This document shows positions 8,854-17,565 of a stretch of DNA of 32,000 bases, piece by piece. Under the pieces are notes generated by a model. That model had not been told where the DNA came from, searched no databases, and was given only the letters and a program-made list of their open reading frames with translations. Source of the DNA: Clostridia bacterium (GTDB lineage: Bacteria > Bacillota > Clostridia > TANB77 > RGIG9151); NCBI GenBank assembly GCA_017934955.1, contig JAGBIO010000004.1, positions 1-32,000 of the forward strand, in the 5' to 3' direction. The number at the start of each line of letters is the position of its first letter. The stretch's first letter is position 1. A program made the position numbers and the translations under genes.

Positions 8854-10301
8854 TAATCTTTATCCTTCAGCAATTTCTCAAATTGCAATTTTACCTGTTC
8901 CCGGTCGTCAAAGTGTATTGTTCCGGTATTCAAAATTTGATACGGTTCATGCCCTTTTCCTGCAATCACTACCACATCATCTTTTCGCGCAATTTCCAAT
9001 GCTTTATAAATCGCCTTTGCCCGATCCGGTTCCTTTAGATATTCTTTATCGAGGTTTTTCATCCCTTCTTCAATCTGTAAAATAATTTCCTCCGGATTTT
9101 CGCTTCTTGGATTATCCGAAGTTACAATCGCAATATCTGATAGTTCTGCCGCAATTTTTCCCATAATCGGACGCTTTGTTTTATCTCGATCTCCGCCACA
9201 ACCAAAAACGCAAATCACTCTTCCCTTCGCATATTCCCGTGTCGCCGTTAAGATGTTTTTCAAACTGTCCGGAGAATGCGCATAGTCTACCATTACGGTA
9301 AAATCCGCATTGATTTTTACCAACTCAGATCTTCCCGGCACGGTTAAGGTGTCAAATCCCCGCTGAATCTCCTCTCGAGAGCACCCTGCCTTGATTGCTA
9401 CTGCCATAGCAAGTAGCGCATTATATACCGAAAACTTCCCCGGAATTTTTACTCGAATAGAACCTAATTCTGAGGAAAAATCCACTGCATTTGCCGAAAT
9501 CACAAGATCTTTTGCCATAAGGTTTGCCTCTTTCTCAATCCCATAAGATTCTTTTACGCAAGTAATTTCCTGAAAAAGTCTCTTACCATATTCATCATCG
9601 GTATTTACTATCGCAAAATCACACATCGAAAACAACTTTTTCTTCGCTTGATAATAATTTTCAAAGTTCTTATGATAATCCATGTGGTCTTGACTCAAAT
9701 TGGAAAACGCCGCAATCGCAAAATGGCTGCCATATACTCGTTCTAAGTCCAACGCATGCGAAGAAACCTCCATCACAACCGCATCCACCTTCTCATCTGC
9801 CATTCGACGAAACATACGCTGTAACTCAATTGCTGCAGGAGTAGTATTTTCCGAAGTCTTTAAGATTTTATCTGCGATTCGGCATTCGATGGTTCCAATC
9901 AATCCAACCTTTTGACCCTTCGCTTCCAAAATCGATTTTATCATATAGGATGTTGTCGTTTTTCCTTTTGTTCCGGTAATTCCAATCAGCTGAAACTCTT
10001 TCGATGGATTTCGATAAAAATTACAAGCCATTTGCGCAATTGCCCGACGACCGCCATTTATCTGTACAAACCGAACTTCCGGTTTCATTACTGCTTCCTT
10101 CTGTGTAATTACAATCTTTGCCCCTTGTTTTATTGCCTCATCGATATATTGGTGACCGTCAAATTTCGTACCCTCCAAACAAACAAAAGCACACCCGTTT
10201 GCAATATCCCTCGAATCACTCGTTAGATAAGAAATCTCTTCTGTTAAGTCAGTATTTTTATTCACGATTTCAATTCCATTTAAAAGTTCATTCAGTTGCA
10301 T
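8853..10301 (-). CDS. murE: UDP-MurNAc-L-Ala-D-Glu:meso-diaminopimelate ligase
   Basis: Mur ligase P-loop GITGTKGKTTTS. The DNPR motif (TSDNPRSE) is typical of meso-DAP-adding MurE. AGGAGG RBS. The TAG stop overlaps the last base of REP 8834-8853. Confidence 0.93.
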   Translation of the reverse strand: MQLNELLNGIEIVNKNTDLTEEISYLTSDSRDIANGCAFVCLEGTKFDGHQYIDEAIKQGAKIVITQKEAVMKPEVRFVQINGGRRAIAQMACNFYRNPSKEFQLIGITGTKGKTTTSYMIKSILEAKGQKVGLIGTIECRIADKILKTSENTTPAAIELQRMFRRMADEKVDAVVMEVSSHALDLERVYGSHFAIAAFSNLSQDHMDYHKNFENYYQAKKKLFSMCDFAIVNTDDEYGKRLFQEITCVKESYGIEKEANLMAKDLVISANAVDFSSELGSIRVKIPGKFSVYNALLAMAVAIKAGCSREEIQRGFDTLTVPGRSELVKINADFTVMVDYAHSPDSLKNILTATREYAKGRVICVFGCGGDRDKTKRPIMGKIAAELSDIAIVTSDNPRSENPEEIILQIEEGMKNLDKEYLKEPDRAKAIYKALEIARKDDVVVIAGKGHEPYQILNTGTIHFDDREQVKLQFEKLLKDKD

Positions 10302-10320
10302 GGCTTCCTCCTTATCATCT

Positions 10321-10464
10321 AATTACGGACACGATCTATGTCTCTTTTCCTCTGTACGGACAGCATTTATGCTGTCCTACATTCGTTCCTGCCTATTCTG
10401 TGGACAGCATGAATGCTGTCCCTACACACCTCTACGCCCCGTACGGACACAATTTATTGTGTCC
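10321..10464. repeat. REP-like cluster (degenerate copy 10327-10344; 10358-10377; 10402-10421; 10445-10464)
   Basis: A model inverted doublet: GTAC+palindrome (10354-10377), 24-nt spacer tacattcgttcctgcctattctgt, then palindrome+CTAC (10402-10425). Confidence 0.95.
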
Positions 10465-10466
10465 AT

Positions 10467-12632
10467 CTAATCAACCTCTTTAATCTTAAAGGTTACCTTC
10501 ACTAAGCTTCCCTTTTCTACAGCTGTGCCCGCTGCCGGAATCTGTTCATCGGCGACGCCCAAACCATCCGTATTAACATTCAGTCCCACATTCTTTAACA
10601 GTGCCGTTGCCTCTGAAATTGTCTTTCCGTAAACATTCGGCACTTCCACCATCGTCTTTTCAGCATTTTCTTCAGTATATAAAATAATACTCGAATTTTC
10701 AAGAACCTCAATGTTTGGTTTTGGAATCTGATCTTTTACAATGGAAGTATCCGAATAAGTGCCCTGAAAATTATATTTTAATCCCGCTTCTTTCAGTTTT
10801 GTTCTTGTCTCGGCAACCGTCAATCCTCTTACTTCCGGCACGATTACGCCGGTATTCATCTCATCCGCATTGTTTGGCTGAATCTGCAAATAGCGTAAAG
10901 TCTCTTCAATAATTTGTTTTGTTACAGGTGCTGCAATCGCACCACCGCCGTGGCTTGGTCCTTTTGGATCAAATAAAGCTACCAATACCGCAATTTCCGG
11001 ATTATTCGCCGGCGCAATTCCAACGAAGGAAGCCACATACCATGTAGATGCACCGATTCCCTGTTCTGCCGTTCCGGTCTTTCCCCCAACTTCATATCCT
11101 TTAATATACGCATTTCCACCGGTGCCCTCCGATACTACTTTCTCCATCATGCCTCTTACTTTTTCGGAAGTTTCCTTCGAAATAACCTGACGTACCACTT
11201 TCGGCTCATTGCTATATAACGTATTTCCATCGGAATCTCGCACTTCTTTCACAATTCTCGGAACCATTAATTTTCCATCGTTGGCTACTGCCGAAATTGC
11301 TGCAATTAAACTAATCGGCGTAATATTAAAACGCTGTCCGAATGCTGCTGTCGCAAGCTCGGTATCGTGAACATTCTGAATCGCATGGAATACCCCCGTC
11401 GCCTCGCCCGGCAGTTCAATACCGGTCTTTTCGGTAAAACCAAAGGCATCAATATACTTATAGAACGTTTCTTTTCCCATTTTTACACCAAGTTGTATAA
11501 ACGCAGGGTTACAGGAATTTCCCAATGCCTCGGTAAACGTCTGTACACCATGTGGACGATAATACCGCCAACACTTCATTGTTGCACCGCCAACCGTAAT
11601 TCGGCCAACACAGGTAAAATGATCGTCAAGCGTTGCTGTTCCGGAATCCAGTGCCGCACTTGTGGTAATTACCTTAAAAGTAGAACCCGGTTCATACGTA
11701 TCGGAAATCGCTTTATTTCGCCACGCGGACTCCCTTAACTTCTTCTTTTCCGTCGCATCCAAACTATCCCAAATTGCTGCCTGTTCTTCATCATACGGTC
11801 CGAATGCTTCATTCGGATCATAATCCGGATAAACCGCCATAGCAAGCACATCTCCGGTAGATGGTTTCATTACAATTGCCACGCCACCCTTTACGCAATC
11901 ATTATCGATTACCGCAGGCGCCAATGCCTTTTCGGTAAAATACTGAATGGAAGAATCAATGCTCAGCACCAAATCTCGACCGTTTTGCGGTGCATAATAC
12001 TCTTCGGAACTGAAAGGAATATCATTTCCCTTTCCGTCAGTCTCTGAAATCACACGCCCCGGAATTCCCGTCAAAACATCCTCATACGATTTTTCAATTC
12101 CGTAAAGTCCCTGATTATCCGAACCAACAAAGCCAAGAACATGAGCGGCAAGACGATTGTTCGGATAATATCTCTTATTGGTTTCATCAATCTTAACGCC
12201 CTTTGTCTTTGTCTCATTAATCCATTCTCTCAAAATATCGGTAACATCCTTCTCTACATTCTTCGCAATTGTCACAAGAGCCGCTTTTGAAGTTACTTTT
12301 TCATAAACCTCATTATACTCCAAACCGAGCAAATCCGCCAACTTCTGTGACAATTCCGCCGCATTCGCCACTTGACTCGGCGTTACGCTAATCGTCTCCA
12401 TCGACGCGCTAATTGCCAAGACCTTATTGTCCGACGAATAAATCGTTCCCCTGGAAGAATTAATTGTTCGATCTCTCGTCTGTTGATCATACGCCATTTT
12501 CTGTAATTTTTCAGACTCTACCGTCTGAATCCAAGCGACTCTTCCCGCCAAAACAACCAAAGCAACTAAAAAAAGGCCCATTAAAACCAACATTCTTTTT
12601 TTCGTTTTTATGCGCATTGTATCTTTTTTCAT
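10467..12632 (-). CDS. Class B penicillin-binding protein (FtsI/PBP2B/SpoVD type) with two C-terminal PASTA domains
   Basis: N-terminal TM anchor and transpeptidase motifs STFK, SCN and KTGTA. Two PASTA-like repeats (VPEVRGLTVAE..., VPNVYGKTISEA...). Sits in the dcw position after the ftsL-like gene. Confidence 0.92.
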   Translation of the reverse strand: MKKDTMRIKTKKRMLVLMGLFLVALVVLAGRVAWIQTVESEKLQKMAYDQQTRDRTINSSRGTIYSSDNKVLAISASMETISVTPSQVANAAELSQKLADLLGLEYNEVYEKVTSKAALVTIAKNVEKDVTDILREWINETKTKGVKIDETNKRYYPNNRLAAHVLGFVGSDNQGLYGIEKSYEDVLTGIPGRVISETDGKGNDIPFSSEEYYAPQNGRDLVLSIDSSIQYFTEKALAPAVIDNDCVKGGVAIVMKPSTGDVLAMAVYPDYDPNEAFGPYDEEQAAIWDSLDATEKKKLRESAWRNKAISDTYEPGSTFKVITTSAALDSGTATLDDHFTCVGRITVGGATMKCWRYYRPHGVQTFTEALGNSCNPAFIQLGVKMGKETFYKYIDAFGFTEKTGIELPGEATGVFHAIQNVHDTELATAAFGQRFNITPISLIAAISAVANDGKLMVPRIVKEVRDSDGNTLYSNEPKVVRQVISKETSEKVRGMMEKVVSEGTGGNAYIKGYEVGGKTGTAEQGIGASTWYVASFVGIAPANNPEIAVLVALFDPKGPSHGGGAIAAPVTKQIIEETLRYLQIQPNNADEMNTGVIVPEVRGLTVAETRTKLKEAGLKYNFQGTYSDTSIVKDQIPKPNIEVLENSSIILYTEENAEKTMVEVPNVYGKTISEATALLKNVGLNVNTDGLGVADEQIPAAGTAVEKGSLVKVTFKIKEVD

Positions 12633-12700
12633 AAAACACCTCTTATTCTGCTAAAATAAAGAATTTGCTACCGTTTAGCTTAAAATTATCGTATTTATAA

Positions 12701-12853
12701 CGGTCGGGACGTCGAGGACGCCGTCCCCTACAAATATATCATTTATGCTGCCCTGCAGCTTTTCTACCTCTCTCCTTCTGTACGGACACAATTTATTGTG
12801 TCCCATAGCTTTTTTACCTCTCTCTTTCTGTACGGACAGCATTCATGCTGTCC
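12701..12853. repeat. REP-like cluster (GC-rich variant 12707-12726; half copy 12741-12753; 12784-12803; 12834-12853) with a ~50-bp direct repeat
   Basis: cgggacgtcgaggacgccgtcccctaca. Also agcttttctacctctctccttctgtacggaca and agcttttttacctctctctttctgtacggaca. Confidence 0.93.
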
Positions 12854-12877
12854 TGCCTTTTCCCCATTAAAACAAAA

Positions 12878-12914
12878 ACTGAGGATGCAGAGCTCCAAAA
12901 AGCGCATTCTCAGT
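12878..12914 (-). terminator. Rho-independent terminator just after the ftsL-like gene
   Basis: The minus strand reads ACTGAGAATGC-(15 nt loop)-GCATCCTCAGT followed by TTTTGTTTTAAT. The TGA stop lies in the 5' arm. Confidence 0.6.
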
Positions 12915-13386
12915 TAAAAAACTCTACTATGTTAAATAATATTTTTTCTAAACCGGTTTTATTCTCATTTGTTGCTTTATTATTGATTAAATCTTGTTTA
13001 GCCACCTTTATATATTCGATCTGATAATTTTGCGGCTTTTGCAATCCCAACGTCTCAGATGCGTATTTTTCCACTTCACTTAAATTCAAACTCTTTTCCG
13101 CATTCAATTGCAATTGAGCATTCATATTATTCAGTTCTGTTAATTGCTTCTTTAATCGAATGGTCTCCATATTCATATTATTAATCATCGCATAACGACA
13201 CACAATCGCTAATGCTACCGCAAAAGTAAACGTTCCCCAAAAAACTCTTCTCTTTACTTTTCGCTTTTCCTGTTTCTTTACTGCTGCTTTCGGTTTTTGA
13301 AGCGTTTTCGGAGGTTGTGAGTTTATTTTGGGTTTCTTTATTTCATAATCTTCATAGAAATAATCTTCCTGCCTTAACGGCGCCAT
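12910..13386 (-). CDS. FtsL-like bitopic cell-division protein
   Basis: Lies between rsmH and the PBP gene. Lys-rich N-terminus, a single TM (VFWGTFTFAVALAIVCRYAMI) and a coiled-coil-like segment. ATG 13386 (MAPLRQ...) is preceded by AGGAGGTGA. The call is by position and architecture only. Confidence 0.55.
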   Translation of the reverse strand: MAPLRQEDYFYEDYEIKKPKINSQPPKTLQKPKAAVKKQEKRKVKRRVFWGTFTFAVALAIVCRYAMINNMNMETIRLKKQLTELNNMNAQLQLNAEKSLNLSEVEKYASETLGLQKPQNYQIEYIKVAKQDLINNKATNENKTGLEKILFNIVEFFN

Positions 13387-13435
13387 AAACTCACCTCCTA
13401 AAACCTTATTTTGCAAAATAATAAGCTACTCTGCA

Positions 13436-13462
13436 AAACAGGGGCACAAATGTTGCCCCCGT
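13436..13462 (-). terminator. GC-rich hairpin plus U-rich tail between rsmH and the ftsL-like gene (possible attenuator/terminator)
   Basis: The minus strand reads GGGGCA-acatttg-TGCCCC followed by TGTTTTGCAG, about 50 nt upstream of the ftsL-like start. Confidence 0.4.
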
Positions 13463-13532
13463 CTTCTCATTAGTAAATTGTATTTCATTTGTAATTTAAA
13501 ATTTTTATCTTTTGCAATGTTATTTTTTATCG

Positions 13533-13719
13533 TTTGTAATGAATTGTTACAATAGTGCATACATCCCGGACACAATGAATTGTGTCCCTACAGGATTGTG
13601 CCTTCTATAACCTTTTTCTCTTTTGTAGTTCATTGTTACGGTAGTGCATACATCCCGGACACAATGAATTGTGTCCCTACAGGATTGTGCTTTCTATAAC
13701 CTTTTTCTCTTTTGTGTTT
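13533..13719. repeat. Two tandem copies of an 89-bp unit, each with GGACACAATGAATTGTGTCC-CTACA
   Basis: Hairpins at 13568-13587 and 13657-13676. The flanks (attgttacNNtagtgcatacatccc and aggattgtgcYttctataacctttttctcttttgt) are repeated at an offset of 89. Confidence 0.93.
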
Positions 13720-13761
13720 TATTCTTTTTTCTTTCGTATATATGTAAAAGGGGGATGCCCT

Positions 13762-14709
13762 TTAACATTCGCTCATCTTTTCTGCAATTCGTAACTTAGC
13801 ACTGTGTGCTCTTTGGTTTATCTCAAGTTCTTCCTTTGTAGGTAATATCGGTTTTCTTGTTAAAATATTAACCCTTTTTCTTTTGTTACAAACACATTTC
13901 GGAAAATCCGGCGGACAAATACAATCTTTTGCCGCATCTATAAATACATCCTTCACAATTCTATCTTCCAAAGAATGAAATGTAATAATACAAATTCTTC
14001 CTCCGGTATTCAAACAATCGATTGCATCGCTTACCGCATTTGTCAATAACGAAATTTCTTGATTGACTTCAATTCGAATTGCCTGAAATACTCTCTTTGC
14101 AGGATGTCCGCCGTCTATTCTGGCGCTTTTCGGAATTGCCGCTTTTATAATATCCACTAATTCAAATGTCGTTCTGATTTGGCGTTTTGAGCGTTCATTC
14201 AATATGAACTCCGCAATTCTATCCGCCCATTTTTCTTCTCCGTAGTCCCTAAAAATTCGGACTAATTCCTCTTTTGTGTAACCGTTTACCACATCAAATG
14301 CGGTAAGTTCATCATTTGTATTCATTCGCATATCCAGAAAAGAATCATATCGGTAACTAAAGCCTCTTTCAGGATTATCCAACTGGTAAGAAGAAACACC
14401 CAAATCCAATAAAATTCCATCCACTCCGGATACATTTAACTCTCTTAAAACATCTTTGATATTCCTGTAATTGTCATTCACCAAACGAACTTTCGGAGCA
14501 ACATCCTTTAATCTTTTCGAAGATGCTTCAATCGCCTCCGTGTCGCGATCAATTCCAATTAACATTCCCTGTTTATTTAACAACTTCGCAATTTCTAAAG
14601 AATGACCTGCACCCCCGAGCGTGCCATCCAAATAAACCCCATTAGGTTTAATCAGAAGTCCATCTAAACACTCATTTAACATTACAGGCTTATGTACAAA
14701 ATCCATCAC
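13762..14709 (-). CDS. rsmH: 16S rRNA (cytosine1402-N4)-methyltransferase
   Basis: Canonical RsmH/MraW sequence (HKPVMLNE, DGTLGGAGHS, DLGVSSYQLD, SLEDRIVK). AAGGAG RBS. Follows mraZ. Confidence 0.95.
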   Translation of the reverse strand: MMDFVHKPVMLNECLDGLLIKPNGVYLDGTLGGAGHSLEIAKLLNKQGMLIGIDRDTEAIEASSKRLKDVAPKVRLVNDNYRNIKDVLRELNVSGVDGILLDLGVSSYQLDNPERGFSYRYDSFLDMRMNTNDELTAFDVVNGYTKEELVRIFRDYGEEKWADRIAEFILNERSKRQIRTTFELVDIIKAAIPKSARIDGGHPAKRVFQAIRIEVNQEISLLTNAVSDAIDCLNTGGRICIITFHSLEDRIVKDVFIDAAKDCICPPDFPKCVCNKRKRVNILTRKPILPTKEELEINQRAHSAKLRIAEKMSEC

Positions 14710-14733
14710 TACACTCCTTAGTGGCTATCACTG

Positions 14734-15165
14734 CTATATTCCCAATTCTGCCATTTTTTCAGCCAATACGTCTGCTTCCAAATCCTCCGCCTCACTGTAA
14801 TTGTCCCATTTTTCCTGACTCCAGATTTCAACTCGCGTTGAAACTCCGATAATCACAAGATCACGATTCAATGAAGCATAGTCACGTAACATTGGTGGTA
14901 TCAACGTTCGTCCTTGTTTATCAATTTCACACTCTACGGCTCCCGAAAAGAAAAACCGTACAAACGCTCTTGCATCCTTGTTGGTAAGAGGGAGTTCTTT
15001 AATTTTGTTTTCAAAGTTTGCCCATTCCTCTTTCGAATACGCAAATAAACATCCGTCCAATCCCTTTGTCAAAACAAACTTGTCGCCAAGACCATCACGG
15101 AATTTCGCCGGGACAATAATTCTGCCCTTCGCATCTAAACCATGCCTGTATTCGCCGATAAACAA
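14734..15165 (-). CDS. mraZ: Transcriptional regulator MraZ
   Basis: Two SpoVT/AbrB-like halves with DAKGRIIVP and DKQGRTLIP motifs. I prefer the TTG at 15165, which gives the canonical MFIGEY N-terminus with GAGGTG 5-6 nt upstream. The track uses a GTG at 15174. Confidence 0.93.
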   Translation of the reverse strand: MFIGEYRHGLDAKGRIIVPAKFRDGLGDKFVLTKGLDGCLFAYSKEEWANFENKIKELPLTNKDARAFVRFFFSGAVECEIDKQGRTLIPPMLRDYASLNRDLVIIGVSTRVEIWSQEKWDNYSEAEDLEADVLAEKMAELGI

Positions 15166-15320
15166 ACTTCTCACCTCTTTCGTGGAGTTTTATACCACTT
15201 TACTCCACTTCGAACCACTTGCAAGATAATATTAACCTTTTGCCTCCACTTTTGCAAGATGTAAGTATCAAAATAGGACTTTAGACCTACTTCATCTTTC
15301 TACATTGATTGCGCCATCAT

Positions 15321-15430
15321 TGTACGGACAGCATTCATGCTGTCCTGCTTTTCTGTCCTCACTGCGGACAGCATGAATGCTGTCCCTACAGCTTTTGTGC
15401 CTCCTCTATAAATTTAAGCGTGACAAGCAA
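15321..15430. repeat. REP-like inverted doublet (15326-15345, 15366-15385) plus a degenerate TIR-like tail
   Basis: tcattgtacGGACAGCATTCATGCTGTCC ... gcGGACAGCATGAATGCTGTCCctaca gcttttgtgcc tcctctataaatttaagcgtgac. Confidence 0.93.
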
Positions 15431-15449
15431 TCTGCCATTGAATTACGTC

Positions 15450-15478
15450 TTGAAATTTATGTAAACGTATGTTATACT
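15450..15478 (+). promoter_or_regulatory. Sigma-A-type promoter for the 153-aa gene
   Basis: TTGAAA (15450-15455), a 17-nt spacer ending in TGT (extended -10), then TATACT (15473-15478). Lies ~80 nt upstream of the ATG at 15559. Confidence 0.55.
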
Positions 15479-15558
15479 ATTACCGGTCGTACATTTTACT
15501 TGTATGAAACTCTGTTGTTTCATGGACATGGCACTTCGCCGGAAAGGAAGGTCGTACA

Positions 15559-16020
15559 ATGCTTAGGACAGCAATGGCACACATTATCTATGAAGAGTTT
15601 TTTTCTCATCAATATTCGGAAGAACCGATGGGAAAGGCACTCAGTAAACAAGTGATTCCCGCAATTCAACGTTATCTTCCGTTCTATGTCAGTCCGATTT
15701 ATCTGGAAGACGGTAGGCAGCTGCTTACTTCTCACGAAGCCACCGAACTTTGCCGAGAAGTCGGAGTAGAGGAATTTGCAAAAGCCGTCTATGAAAACTT
15801 TGTCAATATCAATCTCCATCCTACGGTGAGCGAAATCCTCGCCTCCCATCCGCTTCTCGCAATCAATCAGACTGACATCAAGCTTCTGCTTGCCATCGCA
15901 ATTTGCCTCACGAAGGAAGACCTTCTTCGCCAAACGCTGGAGGATCCGATCAATGGCAGAGTCATGAGATCGGAGGATACTTTTCGGTATCTTAAAAAGT
16001 GCTATCTGCTCTTCATGTAA
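15559..16020 (+). CDS. Hypothetical 153-aa protein (no family recognised)
   Basis: GGAAGG RBS 7 nt before the ATG, a near-consensus promoter upstream, and a terminator hairpin immediately downstream. Amino-acid composition looks ordinary. Preferred over the overlapping antisense track ORF 15520..16071. Confidence 0.7.
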   Translation: MLRTAMAHIIYEEFFSHQYSEEPMGKALSKQVIPAIQRYLPFYVSPIYLEDGRQLLTSHEATELCREVGVEEFAKAVYENFVNINLHPTVSEILASHPLLAINQTDIKLLLAIAICLTKEDLLRQTLEDPINGRVMRSEDTFRYLKKCYLLFM

Positions 16021-16024
16021 TACA

Positions 16025-16057
16025 AAACGGCATACCGCTCGGTATGCCGTTTCTTTT
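16025..16057. terminator. Bidirectional rho-independent terminator between convergent murD and the 153-aa gene
   Basis: GGCATACC-gctc-GGTATGCC (16029-16048), flanked by aaaac on one side and gtttctttt on the other. Confidence 0.8.
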
Positions 16058-17312
16058 AACTCTTTATCCATTCTTTGAATCGTTCTCCACGTTCTTCAAA
16101 ATTCTTAAAATAGCCGTAGCTGGCTGCTGCCGGCGACAATAGACAAATTTTATCTTTCTGCGTAACTTTCTTCGCCACGTTTACAGCCTCTTCCAAATCC
16201 TCAACCAAGTAAACTCCGGAACAGTTTAAGCCTTTTGCAATTCGTTTTCCGGTCTCGTATGCCAAAATGATATTCCGTACTCTTCCTTCATTCAAAAAAG
16301 CAATTAAGGAATCATAATGAACGCCGCGATCCATACCGCCCAAAATCAAAGTATCCACTTCTTTTAGGCTTTCTACCGCAGCCATCGTTGCTTCCGGAAC
16401 GGTAGAGATGGAATCGTTATAGTAGCGAATTCCTTCATAAGTTCCTACAAACTCCAAACGATGCGGCAAGCCTTTAAAATCGCCTACTGCTTTTTCCCAT
16501 ACCTCTTTAGGAATTCCCAATAATTTCGCTACCGCTACTGCCGCAGAAATGTTGTTTTGATTATGTTTTCCCAACAAGTGACTCGGTATAGCAATCGGAA
16601 ACGGAAAGGCTATCTTCTTGCCTTTTGCATAGCTTTCCACATACTTTACCGTTAATTCATTCTCGGCATTATATACCACAAAATCTTCCGCAGATTGATG
16701 TCGAAAAATATTTACTTTGGAAAGCTGATATTCTTCATAGGATTCATAATGGTCCAAATGTTCCTCAAACAAGTTCAATAAAACCCCAATATGCGGTGAT
16801 ACCACTATTTTTTCCAATTGATGGGAAGACATCTCGCAGACCAAAACCGTCTCATCTGTTATTTCTTCCAAACACTCGAATATCGGGATTCCGATATTTC
16901 CGACAAGTCTTGTATTCACCTTCGCTTCCTGTAAAATGGCATAAATTAAGGAAGATGTCGTACTTTTCCCTTTTGTGCCGGTAATTCCGATCATATTTTT
17001 TCGATAAAAATTCAAAACCAACTCTGTCTGAGAAGTAACTTTTTCAAAATCGACTTTTCCTTTTAACTCCTTAAAAGAAATTCCGGGACTTTTTATCACG
17101 ACATCAAAATCATTAAGTCCTTCACAATAATCCGTGCCGTAATATACCTTTTCCGGTACTTCTGCCTGTCTTTCATCTGCAATTGCCAATTCTTTATAAT
17201 TCACATACTTTTTCACGAAATGATAAGTCGCTTTTCCTTCACGCCCGAAGCCTAAAATTACAATAGACTTTCCGTCAAGCGCCTTCTTTATTTCCTGTAT
17301 CAGTTTCGTCAT
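16056..17312 (-). CDS. murD: UDP-N-acetylmuramoyl-L-alanine:glutamate ligase (MurD family; possibly an L-Glu-adding MurD2 type)
   Basis: Mur ligase P-loop GITGTKGKSTTSS with MurD-like length and domain order. ATG 17312 (MTKLIQEIKK) has GGAGG upstream, and the track start lies in REP 17349-17368. Located outside the usual mraY-murD-ftsW position. Confidence 0.88.
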   Translation of the reverse strand: MTKLIQEIKKALDGKSIVILGFGREGKATYHFVKKYVNYKELAIADERQAEVPEKVYYGTDYCEGLNDFDVVIKSPGISFKELKGKVDFEKVTSQTELVLNFYRKNMIGITGTKGKSTTSSLIYAILQEAKVNTRLVGNIGIPIFECLEEITDETVLVCEMSSHQLEKIVVSPHIGVLLNLFEEHLDHYESYEEYQLSKVNIFRHQSAEDFVVYNAENELTVKYVESYAKGKKIAFPFPIAIPSHLLGKHNQNNISAAVAVAKLLGIPKEVWEKAVGDFKGLPHRLEFVGTYEGIRYYNDSISTVPEATMAAVESLKEVDTLILGGMDRGVHYDSLIAFLNEGRVRNIILAYETGKRIAKGLNCSGVYLVEDLEEAVNVAKKVTQKDKICLLSPAAASYGYFKNFEERGERFKEWIKS

Positions 17313-17344
17313 TTTAATTCCTCCATGCTTACGATTCTGCCAAT

Positions 17345-17555
17345 CTGCGGACACAAATTATTGTGTCCTAATTCTACCGTCTGCCTATTCTGTGGACAGC
17401 ATAAATGCTGTCCCTACAATGTTTGTGCTATCATTGTAGGGACACAATTTATTGTGTCCTAATTCTATCGTCTGCCTATTCTGTGGACACAATAAATTGT
17501 GTCCCTACAGTGTTTGTGCCTTTTCTATAAATTTGAGTCTGACCTGTAACAATGA
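17345..17555. repeat. Two tandem ~91-bp REP-doublet units (hairpins 17349-17368, 17394-17413, 17440-17459, 17485-17504) plus a TIR-like tail
   Basis: The units at 17349-17439 and 17440-17530 align base for base, except that the second hairpin core is GCAT/ATGC in one and CAAT/ATTG in the other. Confidence 0.95.
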
Positions 17556-17565
17556 TTGTGTTCAT

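Noticed and set aside
10358-10464. REP hairpins acting as ordinary rho-independent terminators
   Set aside because: None of the 20-nt palindromes is followed by a U/T tract on either strand. Separate canonical terminators exist where needed, for example at 12878-12914 and 16025-16057.
15520-16071. Minus-strand track ORF 15520..16071 overlapping the 153-aa plus-strand gene
   Set aside because: It would start inside the murD stop/terminator hairpin and lacks an RBS. The plus-strand ORF has a promoter, RBS and terminator.
2221-17354. N-terminal extensions of many track ORFs (carboxyltransferase, transglycosylase, polA, mraY, ftsL-like, murD)
   Set aside because: The extensions begin at ATG triplets created by the GCAT/ATGC core of REP hairpins and lack an RBS. 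Internal starts with GGAGG-type RBS give canonical N-termini.
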